A stretch of DNA of 64,000 bases, taken from Trypanosoma brucei (taxonomy: Eukaryota). The notes under the pieces were generated by a model, which was not told the origin of the DNA, did not search any database, and saw nothing but the letters and a program-made list of their open reading frames with translations. The translations under genes were made by a program, and so were the position numbers. Position 1 is the first letter of the stretch; every line of letters begins with the position of its first letter. The DNA lies in contig AL929603.2 in NCBI GenBank assembly GCA_000002445.1, positions 1,000,673 to 1,064,672 on the forward strand, read 5' to 3'. This document shows positions 12,593 to 24,100 of the stretch, one piece after another.

Positions 12593-13630
12593 ATGTGGAA
12601 GAAATCAGTGGAATTAATTGTGGGCGTGACTTTAGTAATGACATATGTGTCTAGCGCGGAGCAGGTTATACTTAATACGAAGGAGTTCCAAACGTTGTGC
12701 GGATTTGTTAGGTTGACAGAACAAATAAATGAGCTACTGGAGCGAATGAAGGGAAAGCCTGGAGTAGATGTGTTACCTCTACAAAAAAAAGTCAAAGACA
12801 TATTGTTTGGAACGCGAATTGGAGATGTGGGAAAAATGAATTGGGGATATTATAGAGAACTGGATTGTGGCCAAGATAGTGGAAACCATCAAACTAAAGG
12901 GGGAGAAGCTCTCATGAAAGATCTTGTTTGCTTGTGCGAAGGAACGGACCAGCAATCGCCACCCGGGGGACTTTGTTATGAGGGAAACACCAAAAAAAAT
13001 AGCCGCGGCGGATGGAATAATGCAGGAGCCCACAGAAACACATGGACCAGTTTGAAAAGTGAATGTACAAGGGAACATGGAGAAGGTCTGTTAGCCGAGA
13101 GTGAATTTCAAGAGATGAAAAAGCAACTCAAAGAGCGGCTAAAGGAGCGTAAAGATATTCGTACAAGCGCACGTGAAGGCACGTTTTATACTTATGGGGG
13201 TAACACAAGCAATGGATTGCAGACGTGCAGTGGGGCAAAATCAGACAACGACGGCATTTGTGTAATGTATCCAAAGGAATCTGATGGGGACAACACGAGT
13301 GGTATTGAATGGCTTAATGAGCTTGAAGGTCTGGTGAAAGAAGTTGAGAAAATGAACAAGGATGAAAGTGCAGGTGGAAACACAAAACCAAGTACGGACG
13401 GGCAACCAAGCATGGAAAAAAAGCCAAAGTCAAATACAAAGCCAAGCACAGGGGAGAACTCACCAGCTAAGGGGTTAGAAGGATCACAAAAAGATGGAAA
13501 CCCAAATGCGCAAACAACTACCAGTACTGAGAAAGATGCCACTACGGCAAGACCACCAGAAGAACAAAAGAGTTCGTCCAAAATTATTTTACAATTTCTA
13601 TGGATATTTTTATTTTGGTTGTTTGTATAA
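12593..13630 (+). CDS. Surface glycoprotein, 345 aa, with a VSG N-terminal-domain-like start and a non-canonical C-terminal hydrophobic GPI-signal-like tail. The assignment to the VSG-related/ESAG2-like class is speculative.
   Basis: Has a signal peptide (MWKKSVELIVGVTLVMTYVSSA). The N-terminal motif EFQTLCGFVRLTEQ is shared with the ORF at 26574. It has scattered Cys, N-glycosylation sites, a Lys/Thr-rich spacer, and a hydrophobic end (ILQFLWIFLFWLFV). Confidence 0.6.
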   Translation: MWKKSVELIVGVTLVMTYVSSAEQVILNTKEFQTLCGFVRLTEQINELLERMKGKPGVDVLPLQKKVKDILFGTRIGDVGKMNWGYYRELDCGQDSGNHQTKGGEALMKDLVCLCEGTDQQSPPGGLCYEGNTKKNSRGGWNNAGAHRNTWTSLKSECTREHGEGLLAESEFQEMKKQLKERLKERKDIRTSAREGTFYTYGGNTSNGLQTCSGAKSDNDGICVMYPKESDGDNTSGIEWLNELEGLVKEVEKMNKDESAGGNTKPSTDGQPSMEKKPKSNTKPSTGENSPAKGLEGSQKDGNPNAQTTTSTEKDATTARPPEEQKSSSKIILQFLWIFLFWLFV

Positions 13631-14722
13631 ATTGGCTCACAATCCACCATCACGTTTTTTTTTGGAAAATTCATGTCGGTAGAGGAAGTAAAAAGTAGCT
13701 ACCGTTGCAGGGACCAGGAGACAGGGTGGAGGGAATGGAGGAATAATTTTTCTTTTTTACGCCCATTTAAAAAGTTTCTCAAACTGGATAATTTCAATGC
13801 TCAATAAAGAAAATAATCCGTTCACACTTATTAGTAACAACAAAATTTGGGAAGAGTAAAAGCAACAGGGAGTGAAACGTAAACAAATAGGGAATAAGCT
13901 TTATGACTTTTGAGGTTAAGCGAATACAGATTTTAATATCGTTGTTGTGGAATTATGGAATCTGGAAAGACAAAATATATTAAAAGAACCGCGTTACATG
14001 TACACAGGAAGTGAATCTTACGAGGCTTGCAATTGGGCCCATTCAAACATAAGAAACAGAAACAGTGTGACCTCTCTTTGGAAGCTTAGTTGCAGCATTT
14101 AAGAATGGAGAGCAAATAGATAGTTATGTATACAGGAAACCACTGAAACTACGGTCAAGCCCAAGCGTGTTGGTGTGGCGATGAAACCGCCTGCAAGTGG
14201 TGAAGGAAGCGCGAACAAAAGGATTCACGAACTTCGATCAAGTCTCAATTTAAAAAAAAATTGAAAGAACTAGATGTGTGTTTTTTCATTTAATTGGTAG
14301 GAGAGTGAAGCCACCAAAAGACATATTATCTAAGTTGATTTTTATTTGTGTAACCCTGGAGTTCGAGGTATATGGAAAGTTGGGAATCGCGCGAGGAAGC
14401 TGAGGAGCATTCAAGGGAACTATGGGTAGAAGAGAGACTTGAATACACTGACGTGCGTAAATAATGCCTAACGAAAATGAGGTGAGCGTGTACTGAAAGC
14501 TATGGAAGGGGTACTCGTGGCGTTTGAGAGGCTTCTTCATGGCATGGAATAACTGGAATGACATGTGATAAATTAATTTACATGTGTTTACTCCGATACC
14601 AAAATAAAATTATAATTGATTACCATATAGCATGAATAGACAAATGCATGTACATTGGTCTACTTTTTGTTTATTTTTAGTGTTTTGTACCATTTGTTTG
14701 GCTCAACCCCCGGAGGAAGGAA

Positions 14723-15502
14723 ATGCTCGGGCTTACAACAATCTTATTTTCGACACTAATAGTGATTGCATCAAGCGGTGAATCGAAAGCTTCAGTGGGC
14801 ACTTCGGTCGCCGAGCAGAGATGCGATGGATACTGGGACTCCTCCAGTGGGGGCGGACGGTGCCGGCCTTGGAGTACGGGAGCAGTCGATCCAAAGACTG
14901 TAAGCACGCGGCAGACTCCAGTTTCCCCAGTTCTTAAAAGCCAGAAACCAGATGTGACCGGTGACGATGCCCAAGTACACAAAATGCAGGAGGGTGCTGC
15001 ATCGAGTCCAATCGTAGAGAGTGGAGCTAGTCAATCGGCTCCTGGTACTGAGGAAACCTCTAACAAAGTGACCGTGCAACTAAGTGGTGTTGCAATTGGT
15101 GGCAGGAGTGACAAGATTGAACAGCCATCTCTCAGCTCCCGAATCTCCGAGCCGGCGGCAAACGCGGCGACTGACTACAGCGAACAGAAAGTGGGTCAAG
15201 AAGGGCAGAGATTAGGAACTGCAGAGGGACTAGAAGGCGCGAAATACAACGGCAGAGATGGTGGGAAAGAGGGGAAAAAGGTTTCAGAGGAGCAAACACC
15301 AGGGCCTGATAGCCGGCACGCCTTGCAGATGTCGATGCGGGGCGCAGCTTCGCCGCGAGGGCATAGCCATATGGCGGGAGTCACGACAGATGATTTGGAT
15401 GCGCAGGACCCAGCACAAAACAGTGCCCATGAGAGGAGAAGCGCGGCGCAAAAAAGATGTGCAGTAGTGGTCGCCGCAGCGTTCAGCTTCATATGCCTTT
15501 GA
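14723..15502 (+). CDS. Small secreted/GPI-anchored-type protein, 259 aa, Ser/Gly/Glu-rich. It is a paralog of 34588..35481.
   Basis: Signal peptide and a conserved CGESxASV...QxCxGYWDSS N-terminus. Its C-terminal hydrophobic tail is AVVVAAAFSFICL. The upstream flank (14290-14720) and downstream flank (15500-15680) are homologous to the flanks of the 34588 gene. Confidence 0.55.
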   Translation: MLGLTTILFSTLIVIASSGESKASVGTSVAEQRCDGYWDSSSGGGRCRPWSTGAVDPKTVSTRQTPVSPVLKSQKPDVTGDDAQVHKMQEGAASSPIVESGASQSAPGTEETSNKVTVQLSGVAIGGRSDKIEQPSLSSRISEPAANAATDYSEQKVGQEGQRLGTAEGLEGAKYNGRDGGKEGKKVSEEQTPGPDSRHALQMSMRGAASPRGHSHMAGVTTDDLDAQDPAQNSAHERRSAAQKRCAVVVAAAFSFICL

Positions 15503-15980
15503 AACCCGTTGCTACAAGTCCGTGCATAAGTGTGCAAATGCCCAGTAAGGCGGGCGATGCGTGACACAGGGGCTGGACGGAGAGTCAGTAACTAAATCAC
15601 AGCTTCGTTTACGAGAGAAACACGTGTGAAGCGTGATAACGACATAATTTTTGAAAGGACAGTGTGACAACAGGCGTGAATAACCCTAATGTAATCATGA
15701 GTAACGTGCAAGAGTGGAGTGAATGTCCTGAAAGGGAGGGAACCAAGTTAAAGTTCGTAATCTCATACAGCGAAAATGACACAATCGCAAGGGAATAAGC
15801 AGTAGACGGGTTCGATTAAACTAATCGGGTAAAACTCAGGTTCAATACTATTGGGAAGTTTGTGGTTGATGAACTTTTCAAAAGTGTAATGGACGTTGCT
15901 GCATATCAAAAGTTAACCTTATTGCGAGGATGCTGATGGCAGTCGTGAGGGCAAGCTGGATGAAATCGTAAATTTTAATT

Positions 15981-16190
15981 GTGGGGAATTTAGAGACCAC
16001 CTTGTTAATCATATTTGATCCCCTCATCGCACCTTTTGCTGCTGGACAACCGCCTTCAGTACTTGCTGAAATGATGTCCAATATCACTTCACTTTACTTT
16101 CGTTTCAACGAAGTCCACAGGAGTTTCACTTCGCTGCTGTTCGACACGGGTAGCATTGATAATGTGAAAAGCACTAATTCTACCATCTGA
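15981..16190 (+). pseudogene. Orphan C-terminal fragment (~69 aa) of the ~325-aa secreted paralog family.
   Basis: PLIAPFAAGQPPSVLAEMMSNITSLYFRFNEVHRSFTSLL matches the C-termini of the 20200, 31473 and 39136 proteins (PLxxPFAAGxPPSxL..M.NITSLYSxFxxVHxNFTSLL). No upstream N-terminal part is present. Confidence 0.6.
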
Positions 16191-17419
16191 CAGATACTTT
16201 CAGATATTTTCCCTCGTTCCATAATAAAAATAACTTTACGCGTGCGTGCTCTCATCCTTTTCAACTGATAATTTCTTTATCTGGAGTGTCCCTATCTTGG
16301 TTATCTTAATTGTGAGTGGTAGTGACTGTGGTTGTCGCTCCACCATTTGTGTTGTAGGGTAGTGGGGTGTGTTAATTCTTTCTGCATGTGAAGTGAGGAA
16401 GAAATGTTTGGTTTTATGCCCACAAGAGTAGTTTTGTTGCCATTTATTTTTTGGTTATGCAAAGAACCTGTGTGCAGTGAAGATAAATGAGAATTCATTG
16501 AAAGGATGAGCGGTTACGTATGTAACATCCGTTTTTTTCTACCAGCGTATCTCTAAGGATGGTGACTGGTGGGTGTGGCAAATGATCTAAATGGAGGTAA
16601 AAACAGGGAGGGTCACTCGTTATTTTGGAACTGTTCTATTTTTTGGTGTGTTGGTGGCTAACATAATATCCCATCATGTTACCATATAATCAGGGTCTTC
16701 AGTAATGAGCATAATTGTTTGAGACGGTGTTTTGAGAATGCAACTTTTATCTTTTCTAGTGTATGGCTTAAGAAAATGGATGGCAAGCGGTTGTGCATGT
16801 TCACAAAGAGAGGAGCAAAGGCTGTTGTCAATACCTGTATGAAAGGAGGAGGATGTGCTAAATGAAGCTCAGTAGCAAAGTTGTGTGCATTGGATAAGGG
16901 TAAGACATACATGCAAATTAAGCGCGTAATCTATTAGAGAGTAAAGGCATAAAGTAACAACTGAAAGTAATGGGGTCAGAGGAGGGTATGGAAAAACATA
17001 GCATGAATGTGCAAGTACTCATTATGGTAGTGGAAGTGTTCATCTGAAGAGTAGATGAGCTCATTGAGAAACTCAAGAAAGCGGTAGCACAACTAAGTTG
17101 GGAAAGTGTAATTACCTGGCATGGAGAGTAAGGAAGTGAATATGTTGGATGAAGAAATTAGGAGAAATGGTGTAACGAAAAGGAGAATACCGCAGTTGTG
17201 AGGAAGTCTAACGTTGATATCCAGCTTCAGGCAAGGGAACTCATGTAACTGCGTGTTTCCGACGTGTGTTACGTTGTGTTGGGTGCTGCTGTAATTGGTT
17301 TGTGTCAGGCACTTTCAAGATCCGATATTTGCTTGTATATGTCTGTTGAGTGTGTCTGCCAATATCAGTAATGACTGTAATGATAAGTTTGTGATTCTCT
17401 CTTTTTGACTAATTGATGT

Positions 17420-18796
17420 ATGAACAGGATCACGATGAGGTATGAAATAGTGTTTACTGTTGGGCTGTTTGCGACTGTTTTATCTCCTTCCTTTCAGGGC
17501 GATATGGTTGGGTACAAGTGGGCCACAGAATCTATAAACTGGAGTGCGATTACCAGGCTCGTCGGCGTCAACGACAAGTACCACAACGCTGGTGAGTTCG
17601 AGACACTGTGCAGGATTTACAGAATTACGCAGGCTGAAGCTCCACAACCTTCCTTTGAGAATCGCGAAAAGGAAGGAGAGATTATGAATAAGTTGGAGGA
17701 AATGGTCAAACAGACGGCGGGCGCTGGTGTTAATAACAGTTCAAGCAAGTCAGGTAGCAGCACAACAGCATATCAGGAGATAAGGAAACTACTTGAAAAA
17801 GCGAAAAAACTGAAGGAAGAAATTGAGGCGAATAGGACAAAAGCCTTATACGCAAGTCGTTCTGCTGAAGATAATATGCTGAGAGCTGTGTATGGCGACG
17901 CTGTGGATGTTGCAAGAAATGAGAATAAAACTCTAGAGCAAGCCATGAGGGGAAACAAATCACTGCTGTTCAATAATGTCGAAAATGCGGGCACGAGCTG
18001 CGGTTCTTATGGAGACAAGCTAGTTGGAAAGACACTAATTAATGACTTTTTCTGCCTATGTGTGGGAGAGGCTAAGAAAGTACAAATCAAGAAAAGTGTA
18101 GCAAAAGATGAATATGACCCAACCTATGACGGTGTTTATAATGGGTTTAATTGTCCCTGCAAGGATGAGATGAGGAGACCGAGAAGTGGTAGTTGGACCA
18201 TGATGGCTGAATTTTGTGTAAGTGGGGAGGATAATTGTAACCCTGAAAACATAAAATACAACTATACTGAGGCATGGGATGTGATCAGCAAAGCTTGTGT
18301 ATACAAGAATATTGCATCGAATGTGAAAACCTTAAAGAGTGCACTAGCTCACTTTGATTCACTAGTAAATTTGGAACAGGATAAATATCAGGTGAGGGGT
18401 ATTCTTGGGTATGCAAATGCTGAAGAAAACACTGATCACATATGTACGGGTCATACTGCTGGATTCACATGTGTTAGTTACAATCACACACTTGAAAATG
18501 GTGGGATTCCATGGTACAATCGTCTTACTAACGCTACTGAGCAACTGCAAGAAATGGATAAATATGCCAAGGAGGCTGACAGTCATCTTCATGAGTTGGA
18601 AGAATACCAACATGAGGCAGAGGAAATATTTCTTGAGGTGAAGCTAGGAGGTGATGCGGAGCTATGGAAAAGTAGCCAAGGTAAGGGTGATGGTGAGGGT
18701 GATAATACAGTGGTAGATAATGATGGACTTACTCATTTGAATATTGCAACTGGGGGTTTTACATTATTAGTTTTATCTCTTATTTGTACGCTTTAG
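17420..18796 (+). CDS. VSG-related surface glycoprotein, 458 aa. It has a VSG-like N-terminal domain but lacks the canonical VSG C-terminal domain. ESAG2-like is a hypothesis only.
   Basis: Has a signal peptide and the early VSG-type motif GEFETLCRIYRIT. It has a long helical region, a Cys-rich middle, many N-glycosylation sites, and a C-terminal hydrophobic tail (GGFTLLVLSLICTL). An immediately preceding pyrimidine-rich tract is present. Confidence 0.65.
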   Translation: MNRITMRYEIVFTVGLFATVLSPSFQGDMVGYKWATESINWSAITRLVGVNDKYHNAGEFETLCRIYRITQAEAPQPSFENREKEGEIMNKLEEMVKQTAGAGVNNSSSKSGSSTTAYQEIRKLLEKAKKLKEEIEANRTKALYASRSAEDNMLRAVYGDAVDVARNENKTLEQAMRGNKSLLFNNVENAGTSCGSYGDKLVGKTLINDFFCLCVGEAKKVQIKKSVAKDEYDPTYDGVYNGFNCPCKDEMRRPRSGSWTMMAEFCVSGEDNCNPENIKYNYTEAWDVISKACVYKNIASNVKTLKSALAHFDSLVNLEQDKYQVRGILGYANAEENTDHICTGHTAGFTCVSYNHTLENGGIPWYNRLTNATEQLQEMDKYAKEADSHLHELEEYQHEAEEIFLEVKLGGDAELWKSSQGKGDGEGDNTVVDNDGLTHLNIATGGFTLLVLSLICTL

Positions 18797-18972
18797 TTTG
18801 CTTCTACGTTACCTATTATATTATGTTTTCTTTTGTTTTTTTCGCTTCTTTGTTGCTGCGTCTATGTGGTATAATATGCTTATGTATGTATGTTCATATG
18901 TGTGTTAATTTCTCATGAGATGTGAATGTTTTAAATTATCCCATATAAACTTGTTTTGTTTCTAGATAAGTA

Positions 18973-20067
18973 ATGAAGGTGGTATCACTTTTTCTTGCAG
19001 CGTGTCTGGTAATATTGGGTGCTGCCAGTAAGGCAGTGACGGAGCAGCCTTCCGGTAAGGCCATGACACTCAAGGGAGCTGAAACATTATGCAATCTCAG
19101 TCATGCCTTGAGGGTTGTGGGTGCTAAGACTCAGGACAAACAAAAGAATGCGACAGAAATGGTGGATAAGTTTCGGGAGTGGAGACATCAGCATGGTGTA
19201 AAGGGGAGGACATGGAAGGCAATAGTGCAGGGTTTGGAGAAGATAGGTGTTGTTAATGAAAGTTACATGGAAGGTATAAAGAAAACATATGCGAAAATGG
19301 AAAAGATAATGAACAATACAGACAAGGCTCTGCAGGTAATGGATACTAGTTTTTTAAACATTGTAAGAGTTTCCTATCATGTTGTGAATGCATCACTGTC
19401 AATAGGACAAGTATTGAGGGATCTGGTAGTATTGTTTGAGCAAACAAAGGGAAGTGAAAATAGTTGGTGCTGTTTGGTAAAAACTGCCTCTTCAGGAAAT
19501 GGATGTGGAAGTGATGGTAAACGCGAGTTGGCTAGCGCTCCAGAAGAGTGTAATATGTCTGTTACAAAGGATATGTCAGATGATGGTGTGTTGACTACGC
19601 TAAATAATTATAAAACCGATCAACCGGTTGAATTAACGGACAATAACAGCGCTAAGTGCTGGATCATGGGTACGGAAGAGGTTGCAAATGGAGGAGCTGG
19701 ATCTTTTATAGTGGGAACTACTGGAGGTTTCGTTACCTATAGCCAAGGTTCTGCCGTTATCATGAAATCTAGTGACATGGTGCTCAAACTCATCAGCAAT
19801 TACACTTCAATCAGAGACGGGTATGAAAGTATTACACAACAGTACCGTGATGTAGAGCCAACTCTTACTTCCTTTGCCGAACTTGAAAATAAACTAAAAA
19901 AATTGTTAACTCAGAGTCCGATGGTGCGTAGGTATTTCAAGGAGAATGGAAGGAAACGCAAGGGAACTGTCGGTGACGATGATGTTATAGATGAAGAAGG
20001 ATTCACAATGAGGAAGCAACATACCCTAATGGGTTTAATGGCTTTTGCAGCAGTTTTGGTTATGTGA
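18973..20067 (+). CDS. Surface protein, 364 aa, with a hydrophobic C-terminal (GPI-signal-like) tail. ESAG11-like is a hypothesis only.
   Basis: Has a signal peptide MKVVSLFLAACLVILGAAS and an early ETLCNLSHAL motif. Its C-terminus is LMGLMAFAAVLVM. It shares the 5' flank ..ctagataa(g)taatgaaggt.. and the MKV start with the 325-aa family genes. Confidence 0.6.
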   Translation: MKVVSLFLAACLVILGAASKAVTEQPSGKAMTLKGAETLCNLSHALRVVGAKTQDKQKNATEMVDKFREWRHQHGVKGRTWKAIVQGLEKIGVVNESYMEGIKKTYAKMEKIMNNTDKALQVMDTSFLNIVRVSYHVVNASLSIGQVLRDLVVLFEQTKGSENSWCCLVKTASSGNGCGSDGKRELASAPEECNMSVTKDMSDDGVLTTLNNYKTDQPVELTDNNSAKCWIMGTEEVANGGAGSFIVGTTGGFVTYSQGSAVIMKSSDMVLKLISNYTSIRDGYESITQQYRDVEPTLTSFAELENKLKKLLTQSPMVRRYFKENGRKRKGTVGDDDVIDEEGFTMRKQHTLMGLMAFAAVLVM

Positions 20068-20199
20068 TTCAATGTTATATTTTATATGCTACGGTTCTGT
20101 TATTGGTATTGTGCGTTTGTGATACCCACTGCTTTTTTGTGTAATGGAGGACATGTGTTTTTCCTCTTTTATATCTTTCGCCACATGTGATTGTAGGTA

Positions 20200-21183
20200 A
20201 TGAAAGTTACGATAGCGGAATTGGTTGTTTTGTTATTTTCTGTAATTTGTATTGATGGGAAGGAGGAGAATGGGTGCACGTTGATAACAGATTATCACGG
20301 TGACGCACCTTTAAGTGAGTCCGTATGTTATCTCAGTTGTCTTTCAGATGCATTAAATAAATTATACGCTGATGGAGAGAACAAACTGTTTGTGAATGAG
20401 GAAGTGTATGCAAATGCATTTCGTATATTGGATGATATGGAAGGAAGAACAGGTGAAAGTGTTAGATATTTGAGTATTATTAGCGGTGTAATGGAAGGGA
20501 AACATGATAAATTGAAAAAGCTTATATCGTATGGAAATGCAATGGGGGACCTTGTAGCTAAGGCAGGTGGATTATTTGCTGAGGTTAATGAAAGTGTGAG
20601 GGCAGTGAGGAAAGAAATACCTGGTGCCCTTATAAAAGTGAATAAATATTATACGGCTATTGCTGTGATCACAAGGACTGTGTGGGATGATGTTGAGGCA
20701 TTGGAGCGTGACAGTGATCCGAACTGCCATGGCGAAAAAATTAAAAATGTTGGTGAGTTCCAAGTTACGTGTGGCGAACATTTCTGCCCACTAAAAGAAG
20801 GTGTTAACGAAAGTACTCTTCAGAAATATAAGGATGGATGCCTTGAAATAAATGTTCAAGATAAGTCTGGCCAAATAAGTGAATGCCTTAACTTACCAAG
20901 GAATAGTTTGTACAAAAATGGCGCAGTAAAGTATTCAAGTGACGGAACGAATTGGTATGGAAACGGTAATACTTATTTTCAACTCAAACTCCACGTTCAT
21001 AGTATGCTTTCCCCTCTCACAATTCCCCTTGGTGCTGGCCAACCACCTTCTGCACCCCTAGACATGATGGCTAGTATTACTTCCCTGTACTCTCGCTTCA
21101 ACGAGATACACAAAAACTTTACTTCATTGCTACTTAACACCAATTTTACTGGAATTGTGAATAGTAGTAATTCCGATTTTTAA
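20200..21183 (+). CDS. Secreted glycoprotein, member 1 of a ~325-aa paralog family. It has no C-terminal anchor. ESAG1/ESAG9-like is a hypothesis only.
   Basis: A 327-aa ORF with signal peptide and the conserved block LSESVCYLSCLSDALNKLYADGENKLFVNEEVYANAFRILDDMEG...KYYTAIAVITRTVWDD. Three full paralogs and two fragments occur in the window. The conserved 3' flank (caaatgcatgtacgtacatttc...) is shared with its paralogs. Confidence 0.7.
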   Translation: MKVTIAELVVLLFSVICIDGKEENGCTLITDYHGDAPLSESVCYLSCLSDALNKLYADGENKLFVNEEVYANAFRILDDMEGRTGESVRYLSIISGVMEGKHDKLKKLISYGNAMGDLVAKAGGLFAEVNESVRAVRKEIPGALIKVNKYYTAIAVITRTVWDDVEALERDSDPNCHGEKIKNVGEFQVTCGEHFCPLKEGVNESTLQKYKDGCLEINVQDKSGQISECLNLPRNSLYKNGAVKYSSDGTNWYGNGNTYFQLKLHVHSMLSPLTIPLGAGQPPSAPLDMMASITSLYSRFNEIHKNFTSLLLNTNFTGIVNSSNSDF

Positions 21184-24100
21184 CAAATGCATGTACGTAC
21201 ATTTCTTTACCTGTTAGCCAACGCGTTTGCATGCATGTCTGTGTTTCTGTGTGCCCGTGCTCGCTTCCCTCATAAGTTTATCTTGCCTTTCCGTTGCTGC
21301 ATTTTTATGGGAAAAACTGCACAGTTGCGCGCTGGCAACGTAATAATATCTTGAACACGGATATTCATGTTTTCGACTACATGAGCAGTAAACATCTTGT
21401 CTGTTGCTCACATTCCGGAGGTTGCCTGACTTTGTAGAAATGCCAAGCGGCCGCGGTATGTGCCTGTGGTCTCTGACAACGCCGATCACCTTGTTGTGGC
21501 GGCAGTGCCTGATACTCCGGCAGAGAGGAAAACAATATTTAGATTATCACCTGTGATATCGAGATGAAGTTGGTGGTCAATACGTGGTGACCAAAGCAGC
21601 CACGGCCAGAACCACTAGGGGTTCTTGAAGAAGCTATATTCTTTGTGTGCGTGTTCCTGCAGTTGTAAGCGCGCGAGCACGTTTTGTGTTAATTGAATCC
21701 TCTCGCTCTGAAGTGGGGGTGCCGGACAGATCCCAGTCTCCACTCATCACGTAAGCCAGCGGAGCAACGGGAGTTTCCACCACGGAGAATGACCTTCACT
21801 TTCGAAAGTGTTTCACAAAGATGTGATAGCCTTTGAGCGCACCCAAGGGACGCGCCTGAAGGTTGTGAACGTCACACTGTTCACCCTCTACGGTCGCAAG
21901 CACACAAGGTTTTGGCCCGTTTCAAAATGAAAGGCTTCGAGGTGTCCGCACCCCTTAGGAGCATGATGGTTGTCGTCAAATGTCCAAAACAAATGAAGCC
22001 TTAGAAGGTGTAACCGCTACACTGCTGCGTACAAACGGCAAGGAGCTCGTCCTATCCTCTGCAGCATATTTTCCTGAAGGCTTCAACGCGATTACGGGAA
22101 GGCTGAAGCAACTGAGCGAGAATTTAGAGCCGCTGGTTATCAGTAAACGTTAACACCTACCATGATGTTTGAGAGTTCCATGTTTCAAAGGATCTGTGTG
22201 GTGGAATTCGATAGTTAACTAGCGTCTGTAACGGAGCTTCAGAGTTTCCCATAATGAAGCTCCAGCCCAGTAGAGATTAATTGGAGGCTGATTTCCTTCC
22301 GCAGGCATTACCTGAAATAGGGATGGCGAGGTAAATTAGCAGATGGCGGAGAATAGCTTCATTTACGATCACAGTTGTGTGGCTCTCGATGCTGAAGCAG
22401 TGAATGGCATGCAGGGAATATGTACGCCGCATACTCTTTGGGTCAGTGTATTTGTGGAAGAGTGAAAGCTGGCTGATTATATGTAATGAAAAGCAGGTGT
22501 CCTTTAGAAGGACAGAAAGGTGGTGAAGGGAGTGGATGAACTCAATGGAGCTATGCAGCTCTTTTTCTGGTCTCGTCGAGAACGATCCGTGGCGGCACGG
22601 GCACCGCACCACCAAACTGGGCGCCGAACCGACAGTATTCGAAAAAGAAAATAAGACGATACTTGGACTTGACGAAGAGTACGGCTTTCACTTATTCAAG
22701 AAGGAACCCGCTTAATGAAACAGCTTTAGGGGCGTGGAGAGAGGACGATCCCGCGCCATCTACCGCGGAAAGAAAAAATTGGGTGCGCCTTAAACCAGCG
22801 CTCATACAGGTACCGTCATCCAGCATCGCTCTCGCGCAACGGGCAATCGCTCACGAACGGCAAGACGGCGGGTGCAAACCTTGGCGGATATTTATGCGAA
22901 GACTCTTGTAGTCACCCGGATCTGCATCCGATGGCAACGAACACTCTATTTGAACCGTTTGCACGCACCAAAATGACACAGGTCCTTTGGGACCTTTGCA
23001 GATGCGGGACGGCGGGGAGACGATGAGATTCAGTGCGACGATTTGAAGGAGATGGACAGAGTCGGAAGATGGTATTAACAGCAACTCCGAAACCATTTCC
23101 TGGAACAGGCAAAACCCTTGAGTAGTGGAAGCGTGGAATCAACATTTGCTCCTGGAACAAAGCAAGCCGATTGAGGGGATTAAATCATTTTCCGTTGTGA
23201 CGCTGGATGTCGCTGTGAATAAACTGAGGGAGAAGATGCTGATCTGGAGGTTTAAGAACCGTGTATAAGGATGGTTGCTGGTACAATAGTTCAATTTTGT
23301 TCCACAATAATCTATAACCAGCTTCGCTTCAAAGGCGATGAATGCGATCAGACTCGTTTGGATAGAGCGACTGCTTCCCCACACTGTTCACGAGGTGCGT
23401 GCCAACATTCAACTTAGTGAGCTGTCACCGAATTCTTTGCATATGAGCCGTTTAATGTGAATCCGCGCCTGATAAGGTTGGGGGAAAATTTCCTTCCAAG
23501 GAAAATTGCGCGCATTGATATCAAGCTGACGAAAAAGAATGGGATTGATACATGTGGTGCCGCACGGATTGTTTTTTTCCATTTCCCCCATCATGAAAAT
23601 ATAGGGGTTGGGTAAAGAAAAAAATAATATCCGTATCCTTGGCAGTACGCTGAGTCCAAACGCCGGAATGAAGACATCTTAGAAGCGGGGAAAAATTATG
23701 GGGAATTCAGTGGAGACGATCAAAATGAGTAAGGGTGTGGAACCTTGCAGGAGCGGAAATTGAGGGAACAGCGGGGGAAAATTTTAGGTGAGAGGCACGC
23801 GCCATCGAAAACACTGATATTCAATTGGTATATTTTGCAACGACACATACGGAAGGCAGAGGGAAGATGTGGGAGCAAATTACTACCAACTGAACGTGGA
23901 AGCAATGAGAAATACGGTGGGGCTTACCAAAGAGAGCGTGGTCAACCTTCAGGAGCAACATACAGGACGTGCTTGCGTGGTGTGACAAGGCGGTGAAGGA
24001 ACGTGAAATATATCCCTGACTTCCGACGAAACAAGAGGCAGCGATGGATATCACAAAGTTTCAAATAGGAGGCTGAGGAGCATACAATGGCGACATGGCG

